DNA of 64,000 nt from Mytilus californianus (GCF_021869535.1 NW_026262668.1:34286001-34350000), one strand, 5' to 3'; numbered from the stretch's first letter, positions 49,177 to 63,489 are shown. The notes: generated by a model not told the origin, from the sequence alone. Translations and numbers: made by a program.

Positions 49177-52100
49177 ATGAATTCCAAAACGTTTTTCAAC
49201 TTTTATGTTGTGTTAACCCAAGTTTTATGTTACCAACCGGTGGAAAAGAGACTTCTTTTAAACGACCCTGATGTGATTATGAATGAACTGGCCCGCCTAC
49301 AAAATACAGTGGCAATATTGAATACGACCGTTAGTCAGCAGCAGTTACGGATATCACAACAGGACTCAAAAATAGCTGTATTAGAGAAGACAGTAGGTAA
49401 GAGATATAATATGTTTAATTGAATTAGCCCTGCAGATGTTTGCTTTTCACAATATGAAATGTAATATGTTAAATTGAATTGGCTATACAGCTGCTTGCTT
49501 TTTACAATCAACAAAATTTAGAAATAGTATTCTTCATATACACAAAACGAAATTAGAATAATTGTATGCCTGTGGATTAGTGATTTGATTTTATTACTGC
49601 TTTGTATCTCAACAGTTTTTGGGAATGTTTACTGCGAAAACCAAAGGGAATCTTTCTTGAATTACTGATATATCAACAAACTAATCGTTATATCATAGTA
49701 CATAACTAGGGAGCAAGAAAAATTATAAGTTGAAGATGGACAGACAGTGTGTAAGTTTTGCTGTGAATTGCAGGGGTTACGTGGGAATAAATAGACTCCA
49801 TAAAACTGTATTTGGCGATTTGTATCAGTTGCGATCGTTATGCAAGACTGGGCTCCATTTAAATGGTACATTAGGAAATAGGACACAATTTTCAAACTTA
49901 CATTTTCTGGTACCTAATTATCAAAGATAATGTGAGTATCATGAGTAAAGACACGTCGTTTCGGTCAACCAATTTGTGCTGTTGACCGTTAAACTTGCTT
50001 AGAATCGATTTCAGTCGTTCTTTCTCATAACACTTTTAAAGGACATTTTGTAATAGCAGTACCCCCTGTTAAGGATAAATGTTAATGTTAAAAAGACGGT
50101 TATGTGAACATGCGCGTGGGATAACATGTCATCTGAGGTATTCAAAAATCATAATATGGGACATGTTACTACAAAGAAATATCAACAATGTTAAAACTTA
50201 AATAGTCACGATTTTCAGATAACCTTATTTAAAGTCGTTTTCTGAGTCAATTGTAAGAGAATAAATTGATATGAAGCAGACATAATTTGGATAGTAAGTA
50301 CCCTAAGTGGCAAGCACTGAAATTTTGATTATTTAGTGGCAGAACATCATCAATATATCTGGACACGAATCTGAACAATTTGGCAAAATGTTTTTTAACG
50401 TCTCTAGAATGATTTTGTGTGAATTCGGCTTCATATAAATGCACAAAGGGTTTAGCAGTAGAGGTGCACGATTAGAGCACTCTAGAGTATCCGACTGTCG
50501 TTGAAATATCTACCCACCAAATTCGATAAATATGTTCCTGTTCTGAAAGGCAAGCATTCTGACAATATCAATATCGTCTTCGGTGTATTTGTCTGATTTT
50601 TCATGACTTTAAGCAATATGTTTCTGCGAAAACTCATGTAGTGCAGAAGTACGGACTGCTAGTAATGTTTGTCATCAGTTGAATGTCCCTACATGTATTT
50701 AGTCCCGAATGTACCATCCTCCTAAGAGTAAGTGCTGTGGTATTGGAATGTCTGTAAATTTTTCAATTCATAAAAATCATATGACAGTAGGTGTTCAATT
50801 TATACAAAATGCTGATCTTTCATTGGATAAGAGATGAATCATGTGATTCCGTCATATTTGCTTTAAGAAGTTGCAAGTTAGTTTATGGATTAAAGAATTC
50901 AATGCTGTGTTTTTGAATTTTTGAAAATTTATACAAAATGGAAGCCAATGACGATTGCACTCTTCTAGCAAGAAGCGCTCCATGCAAAATATTAAGGATG
51001 TACACCTCTGAGGAGCCAAAAATTTCTAGAATTAAACTTTTTTCTTAACCTGATTTTTGGGTTTATATGACTGTAAAAAACAATTGGTGAAGAAAAAATC
51101 ATATGGTGGTGCGCTTCTTTTTTTGCTACGGCCCTTTGAAAGTACCCAATTTTGACGATTTTTCCATTTTTCATTAATTTTTACCCATTTTTTGGCTATT
51201 ATCGTGAAAAAAATCACAGTTCCACAATTAAACTTTTTTTCATACTTTCAATAAAGATGAATTGGACCAATCTGAATAAATTTAACTTAAAAAACTATAG
51301 GTAGGTGTTAATATAAGGAAGTTTTATCATATTTTGATGCTTTTTTGTGTTAAATTTACCATACTGTCAATTTTGTAAATTTGTGATTTTTCTCTGTTTT
51401 GAGATCAAAATGCATATTATTTCAACTTCTTTGTTATAAATGATTGAAAAAATACATATCTAAGAAATTTGAAAAGAAAACAGTGATATGGGATGTACAT
51501 GTTTCTGGTAAAATCATTTCTTGTACCCCTCACTCATTTTCTCAAAATTTTGGCTAAAAAGACTGACTTGATTGGTAATAAAGTTTGAAAAATTTATAAC
51601 TCAAAAACTACTTATTGTAAATACACAATTTTTTAACAGAGTTAAGTTTGATTATAACATTTCAAAAATTCATTGATATTTTTCACTTGTATCACATGTT
51701 TTGGAAATAGTTCCAGAACGAGATTTCAACGAGACTGAAAGTCAGAAGAATACATCCTTAAGGCCGCTTGCTTTTTTTTTTTTTACTTTCTCTGTCGTTA
51801 TTGGCCCATTAAAATCATTGAACGAAAATATCGCTAGCAGTTAAAATGTCATTTGAAAATTTTGTGAAGACGTACTTTCGATTACTAACATTCTGTTTCA
51901 GATGATGGGTCTACATACACCATTTGGGGACGAAAGGCGTGTCCAGGATCTGCAACTACTTTATATTCAGGTATTGTATTAACTCACATGCATTTGATTT
52001 ATGAAATATTGATGGACCTGTATAACCAATCTAAGTAATTTTTATGATAAATGTTATTTTGATAATATTCAATTTGGCTTTTTTTTCCCGGTATTGTATA

Positions 52101-55100
52101 TTTATTCGATTGACTGCTTGATTATTGGTGCTTAATGCCACTTGCAGCACTATTGGCTAAAACATGGTGGTCAGTTTTTTTATTGGGGAGTATTTATTCG
52201 AGGGACTTGTTATACCTGCCTCTAGATTTGCAGGAGGGGGCACTTAACATTCTTTGTGTAAATAGGTGCATTGATCTTTTGTCACATAAGATATCAATCA
52301 ATTAATTAATCAATCTGGAATAATAAATAAGCATTTTCTGAGTCAAACGGTGAGTTAAATATTTGTTACTATACGTCCGATAAACAATCAATTAAATTAT
52401 TTCTCAATATGGAATATGCATCTCTTAACTTTTATGCATCTGTCAATCATTCAAACAAGCAAACCAACAAAACAATTGACTATTGAATGTAAAATTCGCT
52501 AACCTTGCTATTATGCAAAATTTAAATCAATCAAATATCAAACAACCAAAGTATCTACCGACCAACCAAGCGACCAATCGATCCCTTATTTCAGTGTATA
52601 AACTCTCGATTCTCGACTCTCAATTGTCAACGGTACACAATTATCTAACATGTCTATTTTCAATACTTTTCTATATAAATTCCTGTTTCAATCAATGTGT
52701 CATTAAAGGGGCATTAGCTGTCAAATTCTTGTTCACCGATTTGACTCAAATTGTCATATTTGATTTATAGCATACTAAAACGTTTATCCAAATTATAAAA
52801 AGTCTAAAACAAACAATTTACGATGCATGGACTCGATAATATGTAACAAAATTTCGTGTGTATTTTAGTCTAGACGCCATCTAGTTAACCATCGAGATGA
52901 CCTCCAAAGACTGCCGACGGTCTATAACCCGATATAAGCATAAATATAGATACAAATAGATATCGAACACGTGCAATTGGATTTTTCTAGGTCTGTTTGA
53001 TTTCATATGATAGGTTAAAAAAATATTTTTATCATCGTTTTTACCTGTATAAGAATGAGTTTTTGTGGATCGAATCAGTCAACCAAATGGTTTACCTTTG
53101 TTTCACTTTCAAAGTTGACATTCATTTCCTTTTAATAGCTGGACACGCCTAGTTCATTCGTAACCCATCTTAAGCTAATAGGTTAAATAAGAGGTCACAT
53201 GAATACGGATTCAATGAGGTCGAATTATTAACTTGCAAGTGAATAATTAATCAACGATGTTTTTAGCTTATTTTGGCAAAACTGAACCAAACTGGCTTGT
53301 AAGGGCGAATTATTATTTCACATTTCACTTTTATTAATGGTTGATAAAAAAAATCATGTTTTATTTTTTTTTATATATCTCGTAGCTAATGCCTCTTTAA
53401 GTTTTTTTTTTTTTTAAATTCCTATATTGATCAATTGTCGGATCTTCATTCTCAAATAAAAAATCTTAAGAACAGAGTGTTCCTCTACGAAAAACGTACC
53501 ATTTTCAAAGTTTTTGATGTTCTATAGGCCAACAGATCTGACTGATGAATTGTGGAAAATAAAACTTGTAATACCTGTTAAAAGAAGACAACTGCCAAAA
53601 TAATAATAAAATATGTTATGTCTGTGCAGATTATAATTTGTACATAATAACAACTTCTACATAACATGTATATTTTAATAGTGTAAAACATGAAATATCA
53701 TACGAGGACAAAAGAAAACAACCTCATTGATGTCTTGATAATGGTTAACCGTATGTCAATCGACCGATCCTTACTTTTCAACAAACACATATCTTTAAAT
53801 TCACGCAAGTGCTTTTTTTCCAAAGTATTCATCTCCCGAGCAATGTATAATATTTGCAGGTGATGTCTTAGTATATTTTTTACTCTGGCGGAAGAGGCGC
53901 TTGAGCTATCTATTACGATGGCATTTTCGTTGTGAGTCGAGTAATATCTTGCAAATAGCTATTATACCTTACAAATACCACTCTAAAACATTCTTTTAAC
54001 CTCATACTTCTTATAATTATCATACTTCTTATAATTATATGTGCACTATTTGCTTACGCACAGGAAATTTTTCTTCTTGATTTTCTTCTTTAAATATTGA
54101 AGTTGTTCCGGAAAAATATATAGTAACTCACATCTAACCCCACTGTACTCACGGGTTTTGTTCCGAAATTGTATTAGCAAAAACACATTCAACTCTAAAC
54201 GGGACACAGTTTTATGGTTGGTCTATCTTATAAAATTTCAAACCAAACGCTTTGAAATGTGCTGGGATTTTTATTCAATTATGTATGAAGCCTCTACGTC
54301 TATCCGCTTTCTTTCTATCTGGATTAAAAATATTTAAATAAACAATTTATAACTCCAATTAATGATTTCAACAAAGCCTTGAAATATAGTTTCTACACAC
54401 GCAGGTGGTGTAAAATACATCTAAGTGCTATACTGTCACTGAATTTTAAAGCCTCACTTTTTCAAAAATCATGTTCTCAGATTCGTTAATTTTTAGACAG
54501 TTGCTCTCTCTTTTTACATAATTTTCGATACATCCGAGGCTCTTTTGAAAACACAGATCATTGATTGTGTCTTGTAAAACAACACCACCACATTCCTTGC
54601 CTATAGTTAATAAGGCTATCTTGACTATGTGCTCGTTTAAACTGGACGTCCAGCAAGCCATTAACAATCAACCAATCAATTAATCTATTAAAACTGACTT
54701 TTTGTCAAAATAAATACATTTATATTTTAAAGTACGATTCTTCAATAATGCCTTGATTTCTTGAACGTTATTTGAAGGATATGCAGCAGGTGGCAATAAT
54801 GGTCACTCCGGATCAGCAGCTGAGAGTCTATGTCTTCCATCCGATCCTGAATTCAATCGGACAAAGATCACAGACGGAGCAGGCCACGCAACAATATATG
54901 GAGCAGAATACTGGTCCCAGCATTTTTTCAGTCCGAATGGAGAGGATGTACCATGTTCTGTTTGCCATATTAAATCTTCTGCTGTCCTATTGATACCCGG
55001 GAGGAATTCGTGTTATCATGGATGGAAACCAGAATATTACGGTTATTTAGCATCTGGCCATTATACAGACGCTGGTGCATCCTCTTATATATGCATTGAT

Positions 55101-55241
55101 ATAAACCCAGAGAATTTAAATGGAGGAGAACATGGTGTTGATGGCAGAAATTTCTATCCAGTCATAGTGCAATGTCAACCTCTGCAGTGTCCACCATATC
55201 ACCAAAACTACCCCTTAACATGCGTTGTTTGTTCAAAATAA
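49177..55241 (+). CDS. Secreted coiled-coil plus short-chain collagen C4-like (spongin NC1-related) domain protein, 250 aa; join(49177..49396,51902..51970,54778..55241)
   Basis: All introns GT-AG, phase 1; frame open throughout. MNSKTFFNFYVVLTQVLC-YQPVEKRLLLNDPD...heptads...STYTIWGRKACP...GYAAGG...LCLPSDPEF...IYGAEY...DVPCSVC...LLIPGRNSCYHGWKPEYYGYLASG...YICID...FYPVIVQC..LQCPPY...LTCVVCSK*. Confidence 0.9.
50290..50640 (-). mobile_element. Old Naiad-type RT fragment in intron 1 of the C4-like gene
   Basis: YTEDDI..VRML...NIFIEFGG.IFQ...APLL...LYEAEF...FRFVSRYIDDVLPLNNQNFS. Confidence 0.75.
50996..51757. mobile_element. TTAA-flanked non-autonomous DNA transposon (Kolobok-like), 762 bp
   Basis: TTAA at 50992-50995 and 51758-51761; TIR GGATGTACACCTCTGA vs GGATGTATTCTTCTGA (13 of 16). 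Confidence 0.7.
52707..53396. mobile_element. TTAA-flanked non-autonomous DNA transposon (Kolobok-like), 690 bp
   Basis: TTAA at 52703-52706 and 53397-53400; TIR AGGGGCATTAGCT vs AGAGGCATTAGCT (12 of 13). Confidence 0.75.
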
Positions 55242-56282
55242 AATTCTTTCAACTCAATTCAGATCATATTTTTTTTTATAAAAGCATAGTCAAAATCATT
55301 TATTCGCTATCTCGTTTTCATGAATTCTATATGCACCGTTTTTGTAAGACACAAAATCCTTATAAAAAAGCATGTTTACCCAGTGCAACTTACTTCCAAT
55401 TGTTCAGTTTAGATAGCTTCTTTGTAATGTTTTTCAAATGTTTATACATGTATCAGTTTTAGATATAATCGATCTTATTGAACTCAGATGGTATATTACT
55501 GGAAAAAACAATTTTGCATTTCTCAATACATAGCACATATTTCAAACATTAACGTTATGATTTCAATTTATATAATTGAACAAAGTCTATGTTTTCAGAA
55601 TATGAGAAGGTGTGCAATTCCTAATTTTAAACCTCGTCATGGAGCGTGTCGTTAATTGTCAATGCAGCGCCAAAATACCGCTGGAAAAAACAAGTTAAGA
55701 GCATTTAGCTTTCTTTCCGACCATACTTTTGAATTATGGAGCAGAGTACTGAATTTAAGCGATATCATTTTAGTTAGAACCTGCCATTGGACGCAATTTC
55801 TTTTCACTTCCGGTAATATTTGATGTCTTGATTTTGTCACATCACTAGAGTAAGCCATTATAATTAATCTATATCTGTTGTAATCAAAGCATAGAGACGC
55901 TTTATTAATTTGTTTGTCGCTGCTCGAAAAGGTGTCTCTCATTCAAGCAACAAAACCTTCCTCGTAATTAAGGGGTTAAAGTAATGTTAACACCTTATTA
56001 CATACAACACATTTCGTGTGCTCGAAAATTCGAGAGAAAAAACATGTGCTCAAGAGTCATGTAAAAATCCGTCGTGCAGAGTTGAGTATCATCGGATATC
56101 TTCAAAATTTTCACAATATAGCAGACGAATCGAAGAATTGAAAACATCTGTTTGTGGATTATATATGTATACTGTTAATATTCTGGCAAAATATAAAATC
56201 TTTGCGTTTCAAATTTTCTAATATTTCGTAGATACACTATTCTGGCCCATGTTCTTCCGTTTACAGTTTTTTTCGACTTCTC

Positions 56283-59200
56283 TTAAAGTCTTTGTAAAAT
56301 AAAAATATTAAAATAAACATAAACAGGGGAAAGGGAGATATCTTCTACAAAAGTACACATTCTTATATTACAGTCCTTCATCTCTGAATTGTATCGTTCG
56401 TCAAACTTCTCGCTTTGTGCAACAGTGAATAAGTTTTTCCAGTCACCAATCTTTCCTAAAAAGCAATTAAATGCAAATATTTATTAATATACTATTCATT
56501 GTTCCCCGCTTAACATCCAGTAGCAAATGTTACATACATAGAATTAAATAATCTAAAATCAAAATGTAGGTACTGCAGAGTGGATTGACCGGTATATCGG
56601 GCGAGAAATTTGGACTTCAACTAAACATTTCGAATATGGCATCTATCTTGCGTTGCAATAGATCATCTGCGGACCCATTAAATAGTTATTGCAAAGGGTT
56701 TTTTCATGAGATAGCATGGTATTTTACCACCTTAAGCCAACGAAATTTAAGTTCCAACTTCGCCTGAATGTGACAACGTTTTTATACATCCCGCATAGTC
56801 AAAGGTCCTCTCGGAATATGCTACAATGTAACATAAATGTTAATGGGTGTTCATTTGGTAGATGATCATATGTAGTGGTAAGTAATGCACACTAACTGAA
56901 TAGAACGTTAGAAGCATTCCGTTCTATCGAAGTGCGGGTGACCAGTTCTTCAAGAAACAAGGACATAGACACTCCTAGCAACAATAACTGTTCTTCGTTT
57001 GATCAGAATAAAACCTAGCAGTATATATATACGTCAAAAATATATCATATGGATTTTGATATTTCTGTTTTTGTTATGTGCTGATTTTGATAGATTCTTA
57101 TCAATTTTGAACAAAATATATATGGTCCCACTCTTTGAATAGTGAATATATATCGTCATCCGTAGAGATGATACTGAATATATATTTGCCTTCATTTTTT
57201 TTCGCTCATATCTACACCTCTATTGAATTGGGCTCAAGAACTGACGGAAATCCAATACAGCATTGCATCTCACAGCGGTATACCTATTTGTCCACTTCGA
57301 AACGTTTATTTTTTAATGGAAAGTTTGTTATTTGATTTAATAAATTTAATCTAATCATTATACCTTTCCGAAATACTGTAGACTTTCCTTCTGGGTGTAT
57401 CATCCTTGTTGCATCTTTTTTCTTTTCCTTTAACTTTTCAAATGAGCAACTGTCAACAACTTTAGTAATGAAATCAACATTGTTTGGAACTCCTAGAAGT
57501 TCTTCAAGTCTAGTAACATTGCTGATGGGGTCCTTTCAAAACAAGATAAGTTGAAAGATAGCATAAACCGAATACTTTTTGTAGGTGGATGTTTCAAAAA
57601 TTATCCCATGAATACAGCACTTTTTACATTTGGATGTTTTAAAAATTATCGTATGAATACAGCATCAAATATTTAAAGTGATATCGTATAACGGTATGTA
57701 ACAGTAAGATTTTACTATTTTAGGTACTTTTTAGTAATAGAGCATGGCTTTCAAATATTTGGCTTTGAGTGTTCATAATGAAGGTAAATCCAGAAAAGCG
57801 CTTTAGAATAGACGCACGAATTTCATAACTTGTTGTTTTCATTTTTTTAAGACATACTTTTCCTATAATATTAGTATATTCAATATGAATGGTATTATAG
57901 TGATAGAATTTAAACTAATATTTAATTGTTCACCTCTGTGACATGCATGATTTCGTGTTTGTATTCATAACCACTCGTCTTTTGACATATGGACAAAGTT
58001 TTGTATGTTCGTATTCATTTAAGTTGAGATAAAAGTTCACAATTGAGCAACGATAATTTATAATTACACTATTCTACGAAAGACGAATAAGTAAAAACGC
58101 TTGTCATTATTCATCTATGTTTGTTCACGTACCAAAACCAGTTCTTCATATACAACTGGGCAAATGTTGGTAGATTTGATTTGCATTTCTTCAGTGAACC
58201 CTTTGGTGTAATTAAACCAACCACCATTTAACTTTTCTGAAAAATTTAAAAAATCAAGGTGTTGAATATTAAAGTATCGCTTGAGTCGACGTATTCATCC
58301 AAATTATTTCCAACCGGTCCATTGAACCAAAATCAGGATTGTTATAAAACCAAGCTTTTGGTGAGGGACATTCAAAGAGCGATAGATACATTTTGAGGTT
58401 ATACCCATAATTTTCTTGAAAAATTGCCAAAATTGTAAATGGGCAAATATTCACAGCATAAAAACTAGTAAATTTGTGTAACAGGACTAGTATACCTTCT
58501 TTAAATCAGAATTTTAGCAACCAGAGATAGAGGAAAATACATCGTTTATCTTCTGTCATGGTAAAGAGCAATAAAGTGAGTTTCTCTTAATACAGAGTTT
58601 TTCCTTAGTTAATCGTGATTTTCTTCTGATGTCAACTCAATATCTTTAATTTTCCAAATTTAATCAGACCATTACGAAAAGTGTATGTGCAATCGGCTTC
58701 CTTAATATTAATTTGAAGACAACGTTATATTTATTTAACTCAAATACTTCCAAATAAAAATACGAAGCTGTCTAATTGACGTTAATCCTACATCTTCTTT
58801 TATCTATATCGACCTACATAATTATTTCACTGTATTACGAGAGGTGAACTTTAGTTTCTAATTTCTTACCGTTAAGTATAAATTCGTTAAAAAATTCTTC
58901 CCAACTCGTATCCGGAAAACCTCTTTTTCCTGAGAGATAATGATACAATGAAACTGCTCTATCTTTTGGATTCCTGTTGACATAGACAATTTTTGCGCCC
59001 ATTTCTAAATGTTTGGTTGGCAGGCATTCTATTGGAAAATGTGTATTTATTAGCCGCAGTTCAGATATTGTTTCTGCAAAGTTGTAATTTAGGGGAATTT
59101 CCAACTGCAACTGAAGTGTGTCAAAAAGCGTGTTATATTCTGTTGTGTGATTCAGTAGCATCGATAATATTTCGTGAACCCAATGTGTTCCTAAAATATT

Positions 59201-60145
59201 GTAAAAAAATAAAGTTTTCAGTTTCATCTCTTTAAATCACGGTCAAGAAAAGGGAACATTATAGACCGTACAATATAAATCAGTTCTGGAATAGCAATCA
59301 ACTCTGTGACGCATAATTATATAATAGATGACAAAACATAAATACAAGCAAAGCAAAAGTATGTTAAAGAATGCTCGAAATTTTTGTAAGCAGGTCAAAA
59401 TTACATGGTCTTTTCTGTAATTTACAAGTATATTTTAGTATCTTCAGTTGACATACGTGCTTCGTGTTCTTTACAAGATCTGGTGTATATATAGCTGGTC
59501 GATCTTGGAAGAGTAAAATTCTATCAAAATATTCACAATATGTTTAGACATTGGCTTAATTTTGTTTATTGAAAGGTGCCAGCTCATTGAAGTATACCGC
59601 ATATTTTCTTCATCCATTCCAAATAACTCTTTGGTGCATACCCTACCTTTAATAGTTCCAAATAATTATGAGGAAGACCTGTTTCGAAGCAAAGAATATC
59701 AGAAATAAAATTGATAAATTTATTTCATTTATTCATTTGTTCGTTCGTTCGTTTGTTCGTTCGTTCGTTCGTTCGTTCGTTCGTTCGTTCATTCGTTCGT
59801 TCGTTCTTTCATTCGTTCGTTCGTTCGTTCGTTCGTTCGTTCATTCATCCATGCATTAGTTAATTAATCAATTGAAATACAAAGGTATGTAAGTAAATAA
59901 ATATTCGTCTGATTAGTTTAGTGAATGCAACGAAAAAAATATATTACCAGTCTTAAGACCTGTACAGAAAAGAACATGATTTTTTCTGGAATTGAAGGTT
60001 TTTATCGATTCCATTGCTTTTTCAACGTCTTTTCGCAAAAATGGAAGAGGAGAAAAAATGTCCAGCCATTATATTCTATTAATGGGTATATCGATAACTG
60101 CTGGTTAGGATCGGCACTGCAAGTAGATTGATAGGAATAGAACAT
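56283..60145 (-). CDS. Cytosolic PAPS-dependent sulfotransferase (SULT family), about 321 aa if one frameshift is corrected; exons 60145-59948, 59190-58870, 58236-58133, 57532-57364, 56455-56283
   Basis: 5'-PSB KTG|THW, catalytic INTH, 3'-[25 protein letters not shown]|[18 protein letters not shown]; intron phases 1,1,0,1 all compatible with GT-AG; exon 1 needs +1 nt in the T6 run at 60053-60058; start codon uncertain. Confidence 0.85.
57767..57816 (+). ncRNA. Degenerate copy of the 27438 hammerhead motif (core mutated), in a SULT intron
   Basis: GAGTGTTC-ATAATGA-AGGTAAATCCA-GAAA-AGCGCT; CUGAUGA has become AUAAUGA and stem I 3' is disrupted. Confidence 0.5.
59739..59848. repeat. (TTCG)n imperfect microsatellite in SULT intron 1
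   Basis: Direct read. Confidence 0.95.
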
Positions 60146-63100
60146 AAGTAGTATACGGCTATTACAGGGAATATTTACACATTTGTTTTGCTTTTTTTCA
60201 AGCATATACATGCCGCATGATATTTTCACAAACTGCTATATAACTGTATGAAAACCGGGTTATATTTTAATCGATGCTAAATTAACAATGGGCACTTGCT
60301 ATAGTTGCTTGATCTTTTCAAAGTTATTTCTCATGTTTACTGTTAAGACACACAAAATAGTTGTTTTGGGGGAATAACGGATCCATGTATTTTTATCACA
60401 ATCTTATTGGAATAAAATGTCACTTAAGAATTCGAATATTTAATATTTCCTGGGTGTAAATTTAATGAAAGCTTAGCCTGGGCTCAGATTTAAATAATAA
60501 GAAACAAGTGGCGTGGGCATATTTAAAAAAGAGGTGCATACGCATTTTATTTTAAATGCGTGAAGTCAGTTGGATTCATAAGATTCTTTAACTATTGTTG
60601 TTTATATCTTGTATCAAAAGGTGCTTATAGCATACATGTTTCCATTACTTCTGGGTTCGATAGTAAAACAATTGGAGATGACAAAAGAATACACGTTTCA
60701 CATGAACTTTTTTAAATCTTGCATGATATTTCAGATTTTAGTAAGCTGACATTCAAAAGTACAAAGGATTAGAACATGTTTGAAATATTTAAATTTTTTG
60801 ATATTTCATCTTGTATCGATATAATTTGATAAAATAAATTTCTATAAGCTATTTCAGTGTCTAAAATACTTACCTCATTTTTAAATGATTATCTTATTCA
60901 TCGATAGATGATCAAATGGCCACGTAGGCGAAGACCTGTAAATATCGAGGATAACAGTTGTGTATCAGATATTTTTGCACAGGTATACTTAAAACTACTC
61001 AGGGGAGAGGAAATCCAGTCAAAAATTATTGTGATTTAAATTTACAAATGTGCATATAACAATTTTTCGAAAGTTCTCATTAAAAGTAAGGCAGGGTGAT
61101 ATATAATTGCTGGTGTGATAATAATTCACAAAAAGACGACATCTACTCATCTATATGTCCCTATGTGACCTGCAAAGCAAATATCAACCTATACAAGGAC
61201 AACAGTAATCCAAATAAAGAAAATTTCAAGGGGAAACACACGAACTATTGCAACGAATAATAAACAAATAAGATAATCAATGAATACATATAGGTTTGAA
61301 CGTTGTTTTCAATTTAGACTTATATTTATATATTCATTGATATTCATTGATTATATATATATGAAATACAAACAGCGAACACCGCTAGTCTGCAGCCTAC
61401 TGGTTTAATAAGTTCATTAAATGTGTGGAGGAGATAAATATGGAAGTCTGCGTTTATAACTGATACTTGACTTACCTTATTTTTGACCTATCTCTTAAAG
61501 ATAAAATGAATTTTGTAATATTTTTCCACCGGTTAACGGGAGTTAATCCAATTTGAATCATGTTCCATAATCCATTACAAAATTGCATAAACGTCCCATA
61601 CAATTATACGAATGCATTAGTATGTTTACTTGAAGTATTTGAGAAAGAGAAAATCAGTACAATAAATTATAAAAGTCAAGTGAAATGATAACAATCGGTA
61701 TCAAGGATAAAAAAAACACCAATATCGCCCTCAATATGAATAAAACAATGAATAATTGAGCGGATGTGTTGAAATGACCATTTTTTCCGGAAAATGTTTT
61801 TAAAAAACGACGAAAATAGGCTGGAACACCTATTTCAAAAGAAAAAACCTTCTAAAATCCCTTCAAGTAAAATTTGCGGATCCGAGCCTTTGAAGTATTT
61901 GTCACAATTTGAAGAATCAATGCGTTTATCCTGCACAGATCGTGAATAAAAAAAACTTGCTTATCGTTTTTTCAAAAAAATGTTAAAATTGTATTATACT
62001 AGAAGCTGGACGGTACTGTTTCAATATTAAGTCTTTCGTGATGAATATATGGTTTGTGTTAGATAAAATACAATTTTGGTTCATGCATTGTGTGGCAACC
62101 AAAAAATAAGGATATATAATCCACTTTTAACGATGAAAATCCAGATTTTCAAACAAAACACGATTCAATGGATTAATTTAAACAAAACATAAGGTGAAGT
62201 CAAGCTGTAAGTTTTCTATCTTTTTTTTTTCGCGGTGGCCTTTCATAACCTAAGTGGTATGGGTGTTGATCAATGTTGAGGGTCGTACGATGACTCGTAG
62301 CTGTTTACATCGTTTTCCTTTGGACTTTGGTGAAGTTGTTTTATTAGCCATTGATCTACTTAAAGCGATTTCTTGAATTAAAAAAAACAAACTTTTAGAA
62401 ATTATCATCAAGATATAGAGAAAAATCTCATAATACTTTAAATTGTAATTCATAAGACATACGCCAATATAAAGTATATACATCAATTATTTTTAAAATC
62501 TAAATGACGGCTAGTACTGTACATCGTAGTACGGATGGCACAATCTGAAATTGGAAAACCTCTTTTTTATTCCATCCTTTATTGTAAATTGTCAGAATAT
62601 ATGTATACATTTTTTCCAGTTCACTTGTGTCCTCCTACAATTCGTATTCTACAGGACATTTTTAATTCCAGTTGAATACATATAACAAACGATTTTATAC
62701 TATAAGAAGTCTGATTTCTTTCAGTTGATTGCGAAATCACTAAGATTGCTGTACACTGTTATTATTCGTAAAATTAAATACACTTTTTAAATACACGTGC
62801 AAATTCGGTTAGTAGAAGAACATATGGGAGCATTATTTTTTTGTGACATCCAATACACGTAACTTTTTCTTTTCACTTCTTAAGCTTACTTTCTCTGCAG
62901 GCAAATGCTTCAGTTGATTTATTCTGGTAATAGCAAGCGCTTTTTTTTGTTGGTTTGATATAGAAACGTTTCTCTTTGGCATGACCTTTTATCACTCACC
63001 CCTAACTTGTTGATTGTCGAAAACACAAAACGCAATCTACAGGGTATGATTCCAGTTTGATTTGTGACAGTCTTAAATAACTGTGTTCGAAAACAAATTT

Positions 63101-63489
63101 AGCGACGCATGATTACGTCGTTTATCAAAAAGGTGTCATATGATTTAAAATTTATGAGCCAAGGGTTACCATGGGAGCATTAATAAGTCTAGGTTCAAAC
63201 AAACGACTATGTGCGCAATTATAACGAAATTGTAACAAATTTTATTAAGTGATTTTTAATTAATTATTGTCTAAATATTCATAACTTTTATGGAGAATAT
63301 GCATGCAGCTCACTATCTTATTTTCATGGATAATAAAGATGTATATATATTACGACCTTATTGACATCCCATTCATTGTTTATTTTACTAATTTTACTAA
63401 TTTTTAGTTGTGTGTATCTTGTTTGTATTTTGCTTTTTGTGTGCCATTTTAATAATTGAAACATTTACAACAAGTCAAGGTACAAAACA

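Noticed and set aside
56570-56830. Protein-like decayed frame inside SULT intron 4 ([10 protein letters not shown]...[18 protein letters not shown])
   Set aside because: Four or more stops and no family recognised.
59668-59859. ORF with SFVR repeats
   Set aside because: Translation of the (TTCG)n microsatellite on the strand opposite the SULT intron.
60874-63025. Two AG/GT-bounded minus-strand segments upstream of SULT (61174-60874, about 63020-62890)
   Set aside because: The first has many stops and the second matches nothing I recognise; cannot be assigned to a gene.
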